From assembly GCA_945483255.1 (NCBI GenBank), contig CALYRP010000001.1, positions 1 to 25,691 of the forward strand: a stretch of DNA of 25,691 nucleotides, given 5' to 3'. Origin of the DNA: an uncultured Pseudomonadota bacterium (GTDB lineage Bacteria; Pseudomonadota; Alphaproteobacteria; Rs-D84). How positions within the stretch are numbered: the stretch's first letter is position 1; each line of letters starts with the position of its first letter. Both the position numbers and the translations under genes were made by a program. Of the stretch, positions 7,727 to 17,232 are shown one piece after another. The notes below the pieces were generated by a model, which was given only the letters and a program-made list of their open reading frames with translations, had not been told where the DNA came from and did no database searches.

Positions 7727-7749
7727 CTTTTATTTTCCTTTTTTGCTTG

Positions 7750-7839
7750 CCACCCAAAGCCTTGGCAACGGGTGGTTAATTTATTCGAATGTTTCCATTC
7801 GTACCCTGAATATTCAAAATCCACACGTTTTTTGAATAT
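7750..7839 (-). promoter_or_regulatory. Structured rpsM 5' leader (three hairpins)
   Basis: Stems AUAUUCAAAA/UUUUGAAUAU (7839-7810), CGAAUG-GAAA-CAUUCG (7801-7786) and CCACCC/GGGUGG (7775-7750). Confidence 0.5.
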
Positions 7840-7862
7840 CCTCTGATTTTCACAATAACCCA

Positions 7863-7891
7863 AATATATCATGCGATTATGTAAAAATCAA
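7863..7891 (-). promoter_or_regulatory. Candidate promoter for rpsM-rpsK
   Basis: TTGATT (7891-7886), 17-nt spacer, TATATT (7868-7863), with extended -10 TG, right after the secY stop. Confidence 0.6.
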
Positions 7892-7897
7892 ATTTTC

Positions 7898-9214
7898 TTA
7901 GCCGCGAAAACGACCTTTCTTTTGTGTTTTGTTTACAACACCTGTGTATTGTTTTTCAACCAAATAAGATTTTATTTGATTCATTGTATCCAATACAACA
8001 CCCGCAACGATTAAAACACTGGTTCCACCAATCATCAATGGCATTCCGCCATGTGTATTCAACAGAATTGGTAATACACAGACAACTATCAAATAAACAA
8101 CACCGATTGCAGTTGTGCGTGATACAACATCATCCAGATAATGCATTGTTTGTTCACCAGGACGAACACCCGGGATATATCCACCCATGTTTTTCAAATT
8201 TGTACTTGTTTCTTCACTGTTGAATACAACGGCTGTTTGGAAATACGCAAAGAACGCAATCAATACCGTATACAACAACATATAAGACCATGTTCCATAT
8301 GTAAAGAATCCAAGTATATTTTGTACAACTAAATTTTCACTTTGGACAAATCTTTGAACGAACGCAGGCAACATCATAATAGATGCAGCAAACACAGGTC
8401 CCATAACCCCAGACATATTAACCTTGATTGGTAAATATGAAACATTTGTGTTCATAACACCGTTCGCCATTGCCTGACGTGGATACAAAATTTGAATACG
8501 ACGTTGTGCTTGTTCCATAAATGCAATCAACGCAACAATCGCAACGACAAAACCCAAAACCAACGCAATCTTTGCCGGGGACATTTGACCAACCCCAATT
8601 AAAGAAAATAATTTCGCAATTCCATTTGGAACATCCGCAACGATACCTGCGAAAATCAACAGCGATGCACCCTGACCCACGCCACGAGATGTCATTTGTT
8701 CGGCCAACCACATAACGAATACTGTGCCACCGACCAACGCAACAATCGCAGATAATTCAAACGCAAATCCAGGATTTGCAACCGCTGCGACACCATTAAC
8801 TGCGGACATCGATTCAAGACCTTTGACAACCGCCCATCCCTGAACAACAGCTAAAACAACAGCCAAATAACGTGTGTATTGATTGATTTTTACACGACCA
8901 GATTCGCCTTCTTTGCGCAAATCATTCAAAGATTTACTGGTTGCTGTTAATAATTGAATCACGATAGATGCTGAAATATATGGGAAAATATTCAACGCCA
9001 ATACTGACATACGGGACAAAGATCCACCCGAAAACATATCAAACATTCCCATCATACCGTTATCACCGTTAAACAAATGTAAAACAGCGCTGGCATTAAC
9101 ACCTGGTAATGGAATGAAAGAACCAATACGATAAACAATCAACGCACCCAATGTGAACAAGATACGTTTTTGTAAATCTGTCAGATTGCCGAAAATATTT
9201 TTCAAGAATTTCAT
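7898..9214 (-). CDS. secY: Preprotein translocase subunit SecY
   Basis: RIGSFIPLPG, LNIFPYISASIVIQLL and IPGVRPG motifs; multiple hydrophobic segments. Confidence 0.98.
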   Translation of the reverse strand: MKFLKNIFGNLTDLQKRILFTLGALIVYRIGSFIPLPGVNASAVLHLFNGDNGMMGMFDMFSGGSLSRMSVLALNIFPYISASIVIQLLTATSKSLNDLRKEGESGRVKINQYTRYLAVVLAVVQGWAVVKGLESMSAVNGVAAVANPGFAFELSAIVALVGGTVFVMWLAEQMTSRGVGQGASLLIFAGIVADVPNGIAKLFSLIGVGQMSPAKIALVLGFVVAIVALIAFMEQAQRRIQILYPRQAMANGVMNTNVSYLPIKVNMSGVMGPVFAASIMMLPAFVQRFVQSENLVVQNILGFFTYGTWSYMLLYTVLIAFFAYFQTAVVFNSEETSTNLKNMGGYIPGVRPGEQTMHYLDDVVSRTTAIGVVYLIVVCVLPILLNTHGGMPLMIGGTSVLIVAGVVLDTMNQIKSYLVEKQYTGVVNKTQKKGRFRG

Positions 9215-9235
9215 TGGTTTTGAACTTTATGTTTT

Positions 9236-9264
9236 TGCGCATCCGGGGAAACCCCGAATGCGCA
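9236..9264 (-). other. Strong intergenic hairpin between rplO and secY (no U-tract)
   Basis: UGCGCAUUCGGGG-UUU-CCCCGGAUGCGCA: 13-bp stem with one G.U pair on the minus strand. Confidence 0.75.
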
Positions 9265-9272
9265 GATGATGA

Positions 9273-9731
9273 TTATTTGTTTGTGATTTTTCCACCAGCT
9301 TTTACAATTGCTGCTTCGGCTGATTTAGACCATTTGTCTGCAACAATGTTAACAGCTGATTTGATTTCGCCCTTTGCCAAGACTTTCAAACCATCCAATT
9401 TGCGATTCAAAATTTTTGCATCAAACAAAGTATCTAATGTGATTTCTTTTTTGGCATCAATTTTGCCAGATGCAATGAATTTTTCAATATCACCCAAATT
9501 AATGGTTGCATATTCTTTGTGGAAAGGATTGTTGAAACCAAATTTTGGGAAACGACGCAAAATTGGCATTTGTCCACCTTGGAATGTGGCTTGTTTGCGT
9601 GAACCGGAACGGGATTTTTGACCTTTGTTACCACGGCCAGATGTTTTGCCGTATCCAGATGCCATACCACGACCAACGCGTTTAACGTCTTTGCGTGCAC
9701 CAAAATTATCCATCAATGCATTTAATTTCAT
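9273..9731 (-). CDS. rplO: 50S ribosomal protein L15
   Basis: RVGRGMASGYGKTSGRGNKGQKSRSG...FQGGQMP motif. Start MKLN at 9731 with SD AAGGA. Confidence 0.98.
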   Translation of the reverse strand: MKLNALMDNFGARKDVKRVGRGMASGYGKTSGRGNKGQKSRSGSRKQATFQGGQMPILRRFPKFGFNNPFHKEYATINLGDIEKFIASGKIDAKKEITLDTLFDAKILNRKLDGLKVLAKGEIKSAVNIVADKWSKSAEAAIVKAGGKITNK

Positions 9732-9810
9732 TTCTTTTTCCTTTTTTGTCCTATGACTATGATATAGTCCTTGTCGCACATAATTCAAGATTACGTACTC
9801 GGTTAATTTA

Positions 9811-10365
9811 TTATTTTGCTTCGGTTGCTTCTTCTAATTTTTTGCCATCACGGCCAGCAATGATTTCTGCAACTGTTTTGCCACGACGTGCAGCAACAGT
9901 TTTCGGAGAATTCATTTTTTCAAAAGCCAAGAATGCAGCGCGAATCATGTTGTTTGGATTGTTTGAACCTTGTGATTTAACAACAACGTCTTGGACACCC
10001 AAACATTCAAATACTGCACGCAATGCACCACCAGCAATGATACCAGTACCAGGAACAGCACTGCGAACAACCAATTTGCTGGCGCCATATTTTGCAGAAC
10101 TGTCATGATGCAATGTACGACCTTCTTTCAAAGGAACACGAATCATTTTTGCTTTTGCTGCTTTTGTAGCTTTTTGAACAGCGGCTTGAACTTCCAAAGC
10201 TTTACCTTTGCCAAATCCAACCATACCAGATTTATCCCCAACAACAACCAATGCAGAGAAAGACATATTACGTCCACCCTTCACTGTTTTGGAAACGCGG
10301 TTGATAGAAACTAATTTATCTACCAAATTATCTGATTGTAATTTTTTTTCATCAAAACGTGCCAT
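9811..10365 (-). CDS. rpsE: 30S ribosomal protein S5
   Basis: [12 protein letters not shown] and PGTGIIAGG motifs. Start MARF at 10365 behind GGAG; 10380 is the alternative. Confidence 0.97.
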   Translation of the reverse strand: MARFDEKKLQSDNLVDKLVSINRVSKTVKGGRNMSFSALVVVGDKSGMVGFGKGKALEVQAAVQKATKAAKAKMIRVPLKEGRTLHHDSSAKYGASKLVVRSAVPGTGIIAGGALRAVFECLGVQDVVVKSQGSNNPNNMIRAAFLAFEKMNSPKTVAARRGKTVAEIIAGRDGKKLEEATEAK

Positions 10366-10384
10366 TGTCTTTTGCTCCATCTAA

Positions 10385-10741
10385 TTAAATTTTCATTCCG
10401 TTTGCGCGCATAGAATCGCCCAAAGCTTTTACACGACCATGATATAAATAACGACCACGATCGAAATAATAATTATCTTTGATACCTGCTTTGGCCATAC
10501 GCTGTGCAAAAATTTTGCCCAACATTTCAGCCCCAGCGATATTCCAACCTTTGCCTTTGAAATCTTTTTCTTTTGTAGATGCGGCACAAACTGTGTGTCC
10601 TTTGACATCATCAATAGCTTGGATTTCAATATGACGATCCGAACGGAATACTGACAAACGGATTTTGCCAGGATTCTTTCTTTTTAACGCACCGCGATTT
10701 GCCAATGTACGTCTTTCATCAGAAGATAAATGTCTTAACAT
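10385..10741 (-). CDS. rplR: 50S ribosomal protein L18
   Basis: RLSVFRSDRHI...FDRGRYLYHGRVKAL. Confidence 0.98.
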   Translation of the reverse strand: MLRHLSSDERRTLANRGALKRKNPGKIRLSVFRSDRHIEIQAIDDVKGHTVCAASTKEKDFKGKGWNIAGAEMLGKIFAQRMAKAGIKDNYYFDRGRYLYHGRVKALGDSMRANGMKI

Positions 10742-10761
10742 TTTATTTTTCCTTATTTTCT

Positions 10762-10781
10762 ATCCCCGTAACAGCGGGAAT
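10762..10781 (-). promoter_or_regulatory. CUGUUA-loop hairpin upstream of rplR
   Basis: AUUCCCG-CUGUUA-CGGGGAU; twin of the element at 12715-12734. Confidence 0.55.
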
Positions 10782-10787
10782 TATTTA

Positions 10788-11339
10788 TTATTTCTTTTTA
10801 CCTTCTTTGCGACGGATATATTCGTCTTTATAGAAGATACCTTTACCTTTATATGGGTCAGCTTTGCGGATTTTGTGAATCTTGTCAGCAAATTGTCCCA
10901 ACAAATTCTTGTCAACACCAGAAATTGTAAATTCTGTTGGTGTTTCACCCATTGTAACAGTCAAGCCTGCTGGGATTTCCATAACAACATCATGAGAAAA
11001 ACCAACAACCAATGTAAAGATGTTACCTTTGACAGATGCTTTATAACCAACACCTTTCATGTACATAGCTTTTGAAAAGCCTTCGGATACACCTTGAACT
11101 GCGGCTTTGATGTTACGTGTCATTGTTCCCCACATTGCACGAGATGCTTTGTCTTCTGCATCTTTTGGAGTAACAACAACATGACCGTCTTCAACTTTGA
11201 TATCAACCAAGTGGGCGTTCTTTGTATCCAAAGATACATGTTGTTCGCCTTTTGGCCCTTTTACAACTACAGCGTTATCTGTTAATTCAACCGATACGCC
11301 ATTTTTAATTTCTACTGGATATTTTCCTGCACGAGACAT
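10788..11339 (-). CDS. rplF: 50S ribosomal protein L6
   Basis: MSRAGKYPV...VKGPKG...DPYKGKGI...RRKEGKKK; start at 11339. Confidence 0.98.
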   Translation of the reverse strand: MSRAGKYPVEIKNGVSVELTDNAVVVKGPKGEQHVSLDTKNAHLVDIKVEDGHVVVTPKDAEDKASRAMWGTMTRNIKAAVQGVSEGFSKAMYMKGVGYKASVKGNIFTLVVGFSHDVVMEIPAGLTVTMGETPTEFTISGVDKNLLGQFADKIHKIRKADPYKGKGIFYKDEYIRRKEGKKK

Positions 11340-11355
11340 AACGATTTCCTTTTGA

Positions 11356-11754
11356 TTAGATAACTTTGCATAAAACTTCGCCGCCGACATTCATCAAACG
11401 GGCTTTGTGATCTGTCATAACGCCATTTGGTGTAGATACGATTGCAATACCCAAACCATTCAAAACACGTGGCATTTTTGCACAAGACGAATAAACACGA
11501 CGTCCTGGTTTTGATACTGTTGTGATTTCTTGGATTGCACCGTTACCGTTAACATATTTTAATTCGATAACCAAATTGGAACGTTTTTCATCAATATTTT
11601 CTTGACGAAAATCTGTGATAAAACCTTCATCTTTTAATACAGCCAATACTGCTGCACGCAATTTGCTGTTTGGAACAGATACGGTTTCTTTACCTGCATT
11701 TTGACCGTTACGGATGCGGGTAACCATATCTCCGATTGGGTGTGATATTGACAT
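11356..11754 (-). CDS. rpsH: 30S ribosomal protein S8
   Basis: PIGDMVTRIRNG, SKPGRRVY, GIAIVSTPNGVMTD and GGEVLC motifs. Confidence 0.99.
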   Translation of the reverse strand: MSISHPIGDMVTRIRNGQNAGKETVSVPNSKLRAAVLAVLKDEGFITDFRQENIDEKRSNLVIELKYVNGNGAIQEITTVSKPGRRVYSSCAKMPRVLNGLGIAIVSTPNGVMTDHKARLMNVGGEVLCKVI

Positions 11755-11829
11755 TTTTTTACTCCTTGTTTTGCAAGATTTTATTCTTGCGCTTGGGCTG
11801 CATTGTCCACAGCTTGCATTAAATTAATT

Positions 11830-12132
11830 TTACCAGCTGGATTTACGTACACCTGGCAATTTACCTTCGGACGCCATTGTGCGAACCTGTTGACGGCACA
11901 AACCGAACAAACGTGAGAAACCACGTGCACGACCTGTGATGGAACAACGATTGTGTAAACGTGTTGGATTTGCGTTGCGTGGCAACTTTGCCAATTTTTT
12001 CATGGCATCCATACGTTCTTCTGGGGTTGCATTAACGGACATCTTCGCTTTGATTGATTCGCGTTTTTTTGCATATTGCGCGACCAATTTTTCACGTCTT
12101 TTTTGTTTATTTATCAACGCTAATTTAGCCAT
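11830..12132 (-). CDS. rpsN: 30S ribosomal protein S14 (long ~100-aa form)
   Basis: RLHNRCSITGRARG...FGLCR...LPGVRKSSW. Confidence 0.98.
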   Translation of the reverse strand: MAKLALINKQKRREKLVAQYAKKRESIKAKMSVNATPEERMDAMKKLAKLPRNANPTRLHNRCSITGRARGFSRLFGLCRQQVRTMASEGKLPGVRKSSW

Positions 12133-12147
12133 CTTTATTTCCTTATA

Positions 12148-12693
12148 TTATTTCAAAACCAATGGCAAGCCGATTTTTGTCAGCAATGCACGGGCTTCAT
12201 CATCTGTTTTTGCTGTTGTAACAATAACGATATCCATACCACGGATAGCATCAATTTTATCAACAGAAATTTCTGGGAATATCAAATGTTCTTTGATACC
12301 GAATGCATAGTTTCCACGACCATCAAATTTAGATTTGGACAATCCACGGAAGTCTTTAACACGTGGCAATGCCACTGTGATTAATTTATCCAAGAAATCA
12401 TACATTCTTTTGCCACGCAAAGTAACTTTTGTTCCAATTGCTTGACCTTCGCGTAAACGATATGTTGCAATTGATTTCTTTGCATGTGTGATGATTGATT
12501 TTTGTGCAGCAATCGCTGTCAAATCAGCCGCAGCACTGTCTAATTTCTTTTTATCAGATACAGCTTCGCCAACACCCATATTCAAAACGATTTTGGTGAG
12601 TTTTGGAACTGCAAATTTATTTGTATACCCGAATTCTTTTACTAATTCAGGAACAACATTTTTTTCATAAATTTCACGCAATCTGCTTTGCAT
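12148..12693 (-). CDS. rplE: 50S ribosomal protein L5
   Basis: [24 protein letters not shown] and FDGRGNY motifs. Confidence 0.99.
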   Translation of the reverse strand: MQSRLREIYEKNVVPELVKEFGYTNKFAVPKLTKIVLNMGVGEAVSDKKKLDSAAADLTAIAAQKSIITHAKKSIATYRLREGQAIGTKVTLRGKRMYDFLDKLITVALPRVKDFRGLSKSKFDGRGNYAFGIKEHLIFPEISVDKIDAIRGMDIVIVTTAKTDDEARALLTKIGLPLVLK

Positions 12694-12714
12694 TTTTGTT
12701 ACCTTTTCGTTATC

Positions 12715-12734
12715 GATTCCGTAACAGCGGAATC
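12715..12734 (-). promoter_or_regulatory. CUGUUA-loop hairpin upstream of rplE
   Basis: Perfect 7-bp stem GAUUCCG-CUGUUA-CGGAAUC ending 21 nt before the rplE ATG. Confidence 0.55.
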
Positions 12735-12741
12735 ATTGGTT

Positions 12742-13044
12742 TTAGATTTCTGATCCAGATTTCTTTGAAACGCGAACTTTCTTGTCACCCTTCATTTCGT
12801 ATCCTGCACGTGTTGCTTTTTTTGTTTTTGGATCAATCAATGCAACATTAGATACATGAATTGGTGCTTCGCGATCAACGATGTGACCTGGTTGTTCTTG
12901 TGTTGGTTTGATGTGCCATTTATGACGGTTCACACCTTCGACAACAACACGGGATTCTGTTGGACGTGCTTGTAATACTTTACCTTTGACGCCTTTGTAT
13001 TTTCCCGAAATAACTACGACTTCGTCGCCTTTCTTAATTTTCAT
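12742..13044 (-). CDS. rplX: 50S ribosomal protein L24
   Basis: [18 protein letters not shown]...EAPIHVSNV. Confidence 0.99.
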   Translation of the reverse strand: MKIKKGDEVVVISGKYKGVKGKVLQARPTESRVVVEGVNRHKWHIKPTQEQPGHIVDREAPIHVSNVALIDPKTKKATRAGYEMKGDKKVRVSKKSGSEI

Positions 13045-13070
13045 TTTTTCGCCTTTTAGTTAGTAAAGTA

Positions 13071-13445
13071 TTATATTACTTCTGGTGCCAAAGACACAAT
13101 TTTTTGAACGTCATATTTACGACGAACTTCACGTGCGATTGGGCCAAAGATACGTGTTCCAATTGGTTCAAAATTGTTTTTGTTAATCAAAACAACCGCA
13201 TTATCATCAAAACGGATTATTGATCCATCTGGACGTTTAACTGGGAATTTTGTTCTGACGATTATTGCACGTTGAACAGTTCCTTTTTGAACTTTACCAC
13301 GTGGAATAGCATCTTTAATAGCGACAACGATTTTATCGCCAACTGTTGCATAACGACGGTGTGATCCGCCTAAAACCTTGATACACATAGCTTTACGTGC
13401 ACCAGAGTTATCTGCAACTGTCATAACTGTTTCATTTTGTATCAT
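13071..13445 (-). CDS. rplN: 50S ribosomal protein L14
   Basis: [23 protein letters not shown] and SLAPEVI motifs. Confidence 0.99.
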   Translation of the reverse strand: MIQNETVMTVADNSGARKAMCIKVLGGSHRRYATVGDKIVVAIKDAIPRGKVQKGTVQRAIIVRTKFPVKRPDGSIIRFDDNAVVLINKNNFEPIGTRIFGPIAREVRRKYDVQKIVSLAPEVI

Positions 13446-13566
13446 AACTTTTTTCCTTAATCCTGCATATGGGGCAATCCCCCACTGCTTTGTTACCGGG
13501 TTTCGACTGTCTTGAATTTTATGTATAATGTTTCAGATTCAAGACCTCAAAAAACCCACCAATTTA

Positions 13567-13833
13567 TTAGTCAACATTAACAGTTGTGTCTTTGCTGACC
13601 CCAACACGGCCCTTTACAACCCAAGATTTTGTCTTGGAAATTGGACGGTGTTCTTCAATAGCAACGATTTCACCAACTTTATATTCGTTGTTTTCATCGT
13701 GTGCCTTGTATTTTTTATTCTGCTTTACGAACTTTCCATACAATGGATGACGGAAACGACGTTCTACTTCGACAACGACTGTTTTGTCATTTGCTGTACT
13801 TGTTACTGTTCCTTGCAGTATACGTCTTGGCAT
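13567..13833 (-). CDS. rpsQ: 30S ribosomal protein S17
   Basis: MPRRILQG...HPLYGKFV...AHDENN...RPISKTK. Start at 13833 with SD TAAGGA. Confidence 0.98.
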   Translation of the reverse strand: MPRRILQGTVTSTANDKTVVVEVERRFRHPLYGKFVKQNKKYKAHDENNEYKVGEIVAIEEHRPISKTKSWVVKGRVGVSKDTTVNVD

Positions 13834-13904
13834 AACTTTTGTCCTTATTTTTTGTTTTCCGGCTTTTGATTTTACACTAAAAAAATCAAAAGTCAAAGAT
13901 TTAG

Positions 13905-14108
13905 TTATTTCGCCGCATTCAACTTGGTTTTTACACGTGCAATTTCACGACGGGTTTTACGCAAAACATGTGTTTTTGGCAATTGACCCGCAGCCAGTTG
14001 AAAGCGTTGATTCATTTGTTCTTTTTTCAAATCAACCAGTTTACTTTGCAAAGCTTCCTTTGTCAAAGCTTCTTTTTCGGCTGTTTTAGCTGTTTTCTTT
14101 TCTGCCAT
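13905..14108 (-). CDS. rpmC: 50S ribosomal protein L29
   Basis: [17 protein letters not shown]...RREIARVKT; expected position between rplP and rpsQ. Confidence 0.96.
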   Translation of the reverse strand: MAEKKTAKTAEKEALTKEALQSKLVDLKKEQMNQRFQLAAGQLPKTHVLRKTRREIARVKTKLNAAK

Positions 14109-14133
14109 TTTTTCTAACCTTTTTGCACTTGTA

Positions 14134-14547
14134 TTAGTTTACTTTGCGGTCTACGATTTTTGTTCTTACTGGCAATTTTGCAGCAGCCAACGCAAACGCT
14201 TCATATGCGATTTCTGGTTTAACACCATCTAATTCGAACATGATGCGGCCTGGTTTAACGCGGCAAATCCAGTATTCAACAGCACCTTTACCTTTACCCA
14301 TACGAACACCACCTGGTTTTGCTGTCACTGGAACGTCTGGGAAAATACGAATCCATAATTTACCTTGACGTCTCATATGACGGGTGATAGCACGACGAGC
14401 GGCTTCAATCTGACGTGCCGTAACACGTTCAGGAGACATTGCTTTCAGACCAAACGACCCAAATGCCAATTCACTTCCACCCTTGGCAGCCCCGTGAATA
14501 CGACCTTTGTGCTGTTTGCGAAATTTTGTTTTATTTGGCATTAACAT
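14134..14547 (-). CDS. rplP: 50S ribosomal protein L16
   Basis: [22 protein letters not shown] and VKPGRIMFE motifs. Confidence 0.99.
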   Translation of the reverse strand: MLMPNKTKFRKQHKGRIHGAAKGGSELAFGSFGLKAMSPERVTARQIEAARRAITRHMRRQGKLWIRIFPDVPVTAKPGGVRMGKGKGAVEYWICRVKPGRIMFELDGVKPEIAYEAFALAAAKLPVRTKIVDRKVN

Positions 14548-14573
14548 GATTAAAACCCTTTGAATTTTAATTA

Positions 14574-15275
14574 TTATTTGCTTTTCTTTTCGCTGCTGCC
14601 GGCATATTCAGTCGGACGCGCCATTTCGGACGCCAGCTTTTCTTTGTTTACAACATCACCAGTGTAAATCCAAACTTTAACGCCGATAACACCATATGTT
14701 GTTTTGGCTTGGATTGACGCATAGTCAATATCTGCACGTAATGTGTGAAGTGGTATACGACCTTCGCGAATCTGTTCGCTGCGCGCAATTTCAGCACCAT
14801 TCAAACGACCAGAACACATTACTTTGATACCTTGTGCCCCTGCTTTTTGAGCATTTTGAACAGCTTTTTTCATCGCACGTTTAAAGGATACACGACCTTC
14901 GATTTGTTGTGCAATATTTTGTGCAATCAATTGTGCATTCAAATCTGGACGACGAACTTCATAGATGTTAACTACAACTTGATCGTTCTTGACCAATTTT
15001 TTGATATCGTTACGCAAAGCTTCGATATCTGCACCATTTTTACCAATAATCATACCTGGACGTGATGTGTGGATAGTAACAACTACCTTTTTAGCAAAAC
15101 GTTCAATGACGACTTTGGCCAATCCTGCTTTCTTTAATTTCTTTTCAACGAATTTACGGATTTTTACGTCTTCTGCCAATAATGCTGCATAATCTTTCTT
15201 GCCAGCAATCCAGCGAGAATCTGTGATTTTATTGATAAATTCGCGTAATGAAATTGGTGATACTTTCTGTCCCAT
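14574..15275 (-). CDS. rpsC: 30S ribosomal protein S3
   Basis: [32 protein letters not shown] and [10 protein letters not shown] motifs. Confidence 0.99.
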   Translation of the reverse strand: MGQKVSPISLREFINKITDSRWIAGKKDYAALLAEDVKIRKFVEKKLKKAGLAKVVIERFAKKVVVTIHTSRPGMIIGKNGADIEALRNDIKKLVKNDQVVVNIYEVRRPDLNAQLIAQNIAQQIEGRVSFKRAMKKAVQNAQKAGAQGIKVMCSGRLNGAEIARSEQIREGRIPLHTLRADIDYASIQAKTTYGVIGVKVWIYTGDVVNKEKLASEMARPTEYAGSSEKKSK

Positions 15276-15290
15276 TTTTTCACTCCACTT

Positions 15291-15686
15291 TTATTTTGTT
15301 ACTTTTTTTGTTTTTTTCTTTTCAGGAGCCGCCCCACTTTCCAAAACAATTGTCAAATTAGAAAATGGTTTCAAAATAGGACGCGCACTTCCACGTGGGC
15401 CTGCCATGATGCGTTTCATTGTCAACGCTTTGCCACACCAAATTTCTTTGATGAACAATGTATCTGCAGACAAGTTTTTATTGTGTTCTGCATTTGCAAC
15501 AGCAGACAACAATGTTTTCAAAACTTCGTCAGAAACGCGTTTTTTCGAAAACTTCAAAACGTCAACGGCACGGTCAACTGGCAAGCCGCGAACCATATCA
15601 CAAACCAGATTTAATTTCTGGTGGCTGATGCGAATCATTTTGTTGAACGCACGAACCTGATTGTCTTTTATTCCATATCTTGTCAT
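15291..15686 (-). CDS. rplV: 50S ribosomal protein L22
   Basis: RISHQKLNLVCDMVRG and LLSAVANAEHN motifs; expected position after rpsS. Confidence 0.97.
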   Translation of the reverse strand: MTRYGIKDNQVRAFNKMIRISHQKLNLVCDMVRGLPVDRAVDVLKFSKKRVSDEVLKTLLSAVANAEHNKNLSADTLFIKEIWCGKALTMKRIMAGPRGSARPILKPFSNLTIVLESGAAPEKKKTKKVTK

Positions 15687-15701
15687 AATTTTACCCTACC
15701 C

Positions 15702-15977
15702 TTATTTTGCTGCTTTCTTGTTTGCGGCATGACCCTTGAATGTACGTGTTGGGGCAAATTCACCAAGTTTGTGACCAATCATATCTTCAACGATTGACAC
15801 AGGGATAAATTTGTTACCGTTGTGAACTTCAAATGTCAAACCAACCATAGGTGGCACAATTGTACTGCCACGAGACCAAGTTTTGATAGGTTTATGGTCA
15901 TCTTTTTCAATAGCCACCGCTACCTTTTTCAAGATAGATGGGTGAACATAAGGACCTTTCCATACTGAACGAGACAT
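15702..15977 (-). CDS. rpsS: 30S ribosomal protein S19
   Basis: [15 protein letters not shown] and [13 protein letters not shown] motifs. Confidence 0.99.
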   Translation of the reverse strand: MSRSVWKGPYVHPSILKKVAVAIEKDDHKPIKTWSRGSTIVPPMVGLTFEVHNGNKFIPVSIVEDMIGHKLGEFAPTRTFKGHAANKKAAK

Positions 15978-15989
15978 TTTACACTCCTA

Positions 15990-16823
15990 TTATTTCTTCT
16001 TTGCCAAATGTCTGCTGCGGATAATCATCTTTGCAGTACGTTTATTGCTACGTGTACGATATCCCTTGGCTGGAATACCTGTGCGGGATACAGGTTCATG
16101 TCCTTTGGAATGACCGTTACCACCACCCATTGGGTGATCGTTCGGGTTCATCGCCATACCACGTGTAGATGGGCGAATTCCCAACCAACGTGCACGACCC
16201 GCTTTACCCAAATTAACATTGCGTTGTTCAGGGTTAGAAACGCTGCCAACTGTTGCCAAACATTCAGAATGAACTTTGCGTAATTCACCGCTATTCATTT
16301 TAATTTGGGCATAAACACCATCTTTACCCATCAATTGTGCATAACAACCAGCACTGCGGGCCAATTGACCACCAGCACCTGGTTTCAATTCTACGTTGTG
16401 AACAATTGTTCCGATTGGCATATTTTTCAATGGCATTGTGTTACCTGGTTTAATATCTTCACGTGTACCAGAAATAACTGTATCACCTGGTTTTAAATCA
16501 CGTGGTGCCAAGATATAAGAACGAACACCATCTTTATATTCAATCAATGCAATAAATGCAGTACGGTTTGGATCATATTCCAAACGAATTACTGTTGCAG
16601 GTATATCTTTTTTCTTACGATCAAAATCAATCAAACGATATTTACGTTTGTGTCCACCACCTTGGTGTGGAACTGTGACATGACCAAAATTATTACGTCC
16701 ACCTTTGGACTTTAAACCAACAGTCAAAGACTTTTCAGGTGCACCTTTGTGCAATTCACTGTGGTCAATCAATGTTAAACCACGTGTTCCTGGTGTTGTT
16801 GGCTTGTAATGTTTCAATGCCAT
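15990..16823 (-). CDS. rplB: 50S ribosomal protein L2
   Basis: [28 protein letters not shown] and MNPNDHP motifs. Confidence 0.99.
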   Translation of the reverse strand: MALKHYKPTTPGTRGLTLIDHSELHKGAPEKSLTVGLKSKGGRNNFGHVTVPHQGGGHKRKYRLIDFDRKKKDIPATVIRLEYDPNRTAFIALIEYKDGVRSYILAPRDLKPGDTVISGTREDIKPGNTMPLKNMPIGTIVHNVELKPGAGGQLARSAGCYAQLMGKDGVYAQIKMNSGELRKVHSECLATVGSVSNPEQRNVNLGKAGRARWLGIRPSTRGMAMNPNDHPMGGGNGHSKGHEPVSRTGIPAKGYRTRSNKRTAKMIIRSRHLAKKK

Positions 16824-16843
16824 TTTATTTTACCTTTGTTTAA

Positions 16844-16886
16844 GTTTTGACACTAACATCCGATTACCCGGGTTCTCTGTCAAAAC
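16844..16886 (-). promoter_or_regulatory. Extended hairpin between rplW and rplB (candidate L2 leader)
   Basis: GUUUUGACA/UGUCAAAAC stem enclosing AAC-CCG-GGUAAU-CGG-AU-GUU; ends 20 nt before the rplB ATG. Confidence 0.5.
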
Positions 16887-16895
16887 AGTTGTTCA

Positions 16896-17216
16896 TTACA
16901 TATCTGTTGCCAAATCCAATTTTGCGTCTTTTGGTAAAGATACATATGCTTTTTTAACTTTGCGTTGTGTGCCTGTGCTGCGACCACGGAAAGTTTTTTC
17001 TTTTCCTTTTGTAATAACGATATTAATTTTTGTTGGTTTAATACCGAATAATACTTGCATCGCTTTTGCAACATCTTCTTTTGTAGCAGACATTGCAATT
17101 TCGAACACAACACCATTATTTTCAGAAAGACGTGCAGCCTTTTCTGAAATGATTGGACGGCGCAAAACATCATATGTTTCGGCTGTCGCAACTAATTTTA
17201 CTTTTTTTTCTGCCAT
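16896..17216 (-). CDS. rplW: 50S ribosomal protein L23
   Basis: VLRRPIISEKA, KGKEK and KKAYVSL motifs. Confidence 0.97.
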   Translation of the reverse strand: MAEKKVKLVATAETYDVLRRPIISEKAARLSENNGVVFEIAMSATKEDVAKAMQVLFGIKPTKINIVITKGKEKTFRGRSTGTQRKVKKAYVSLPKDAKLDLATDM

Positions 17217-17232
17217 ATCTTCAAACCTTTAA

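Noticed and set aside
6908-9214. Absence of rpsD, rpmJ, infA and map from the cluster
   Set aside because: These genes are normally located elsewhere in Alphaproteobacteria, so their absence here is expected.
11830-12132. S14 as a zinc-binding form
   Set aside because: Only two Cys in a long ~100-aa protein, i.e. the ordinary proteobacterial type.
13501-13545. Plus-strand TATAAT (13524-13529) or an internal spc promoter inside a 9-bp inverted repeat
   Set aside because: No acceptable -35 at proper spacing on either strand.
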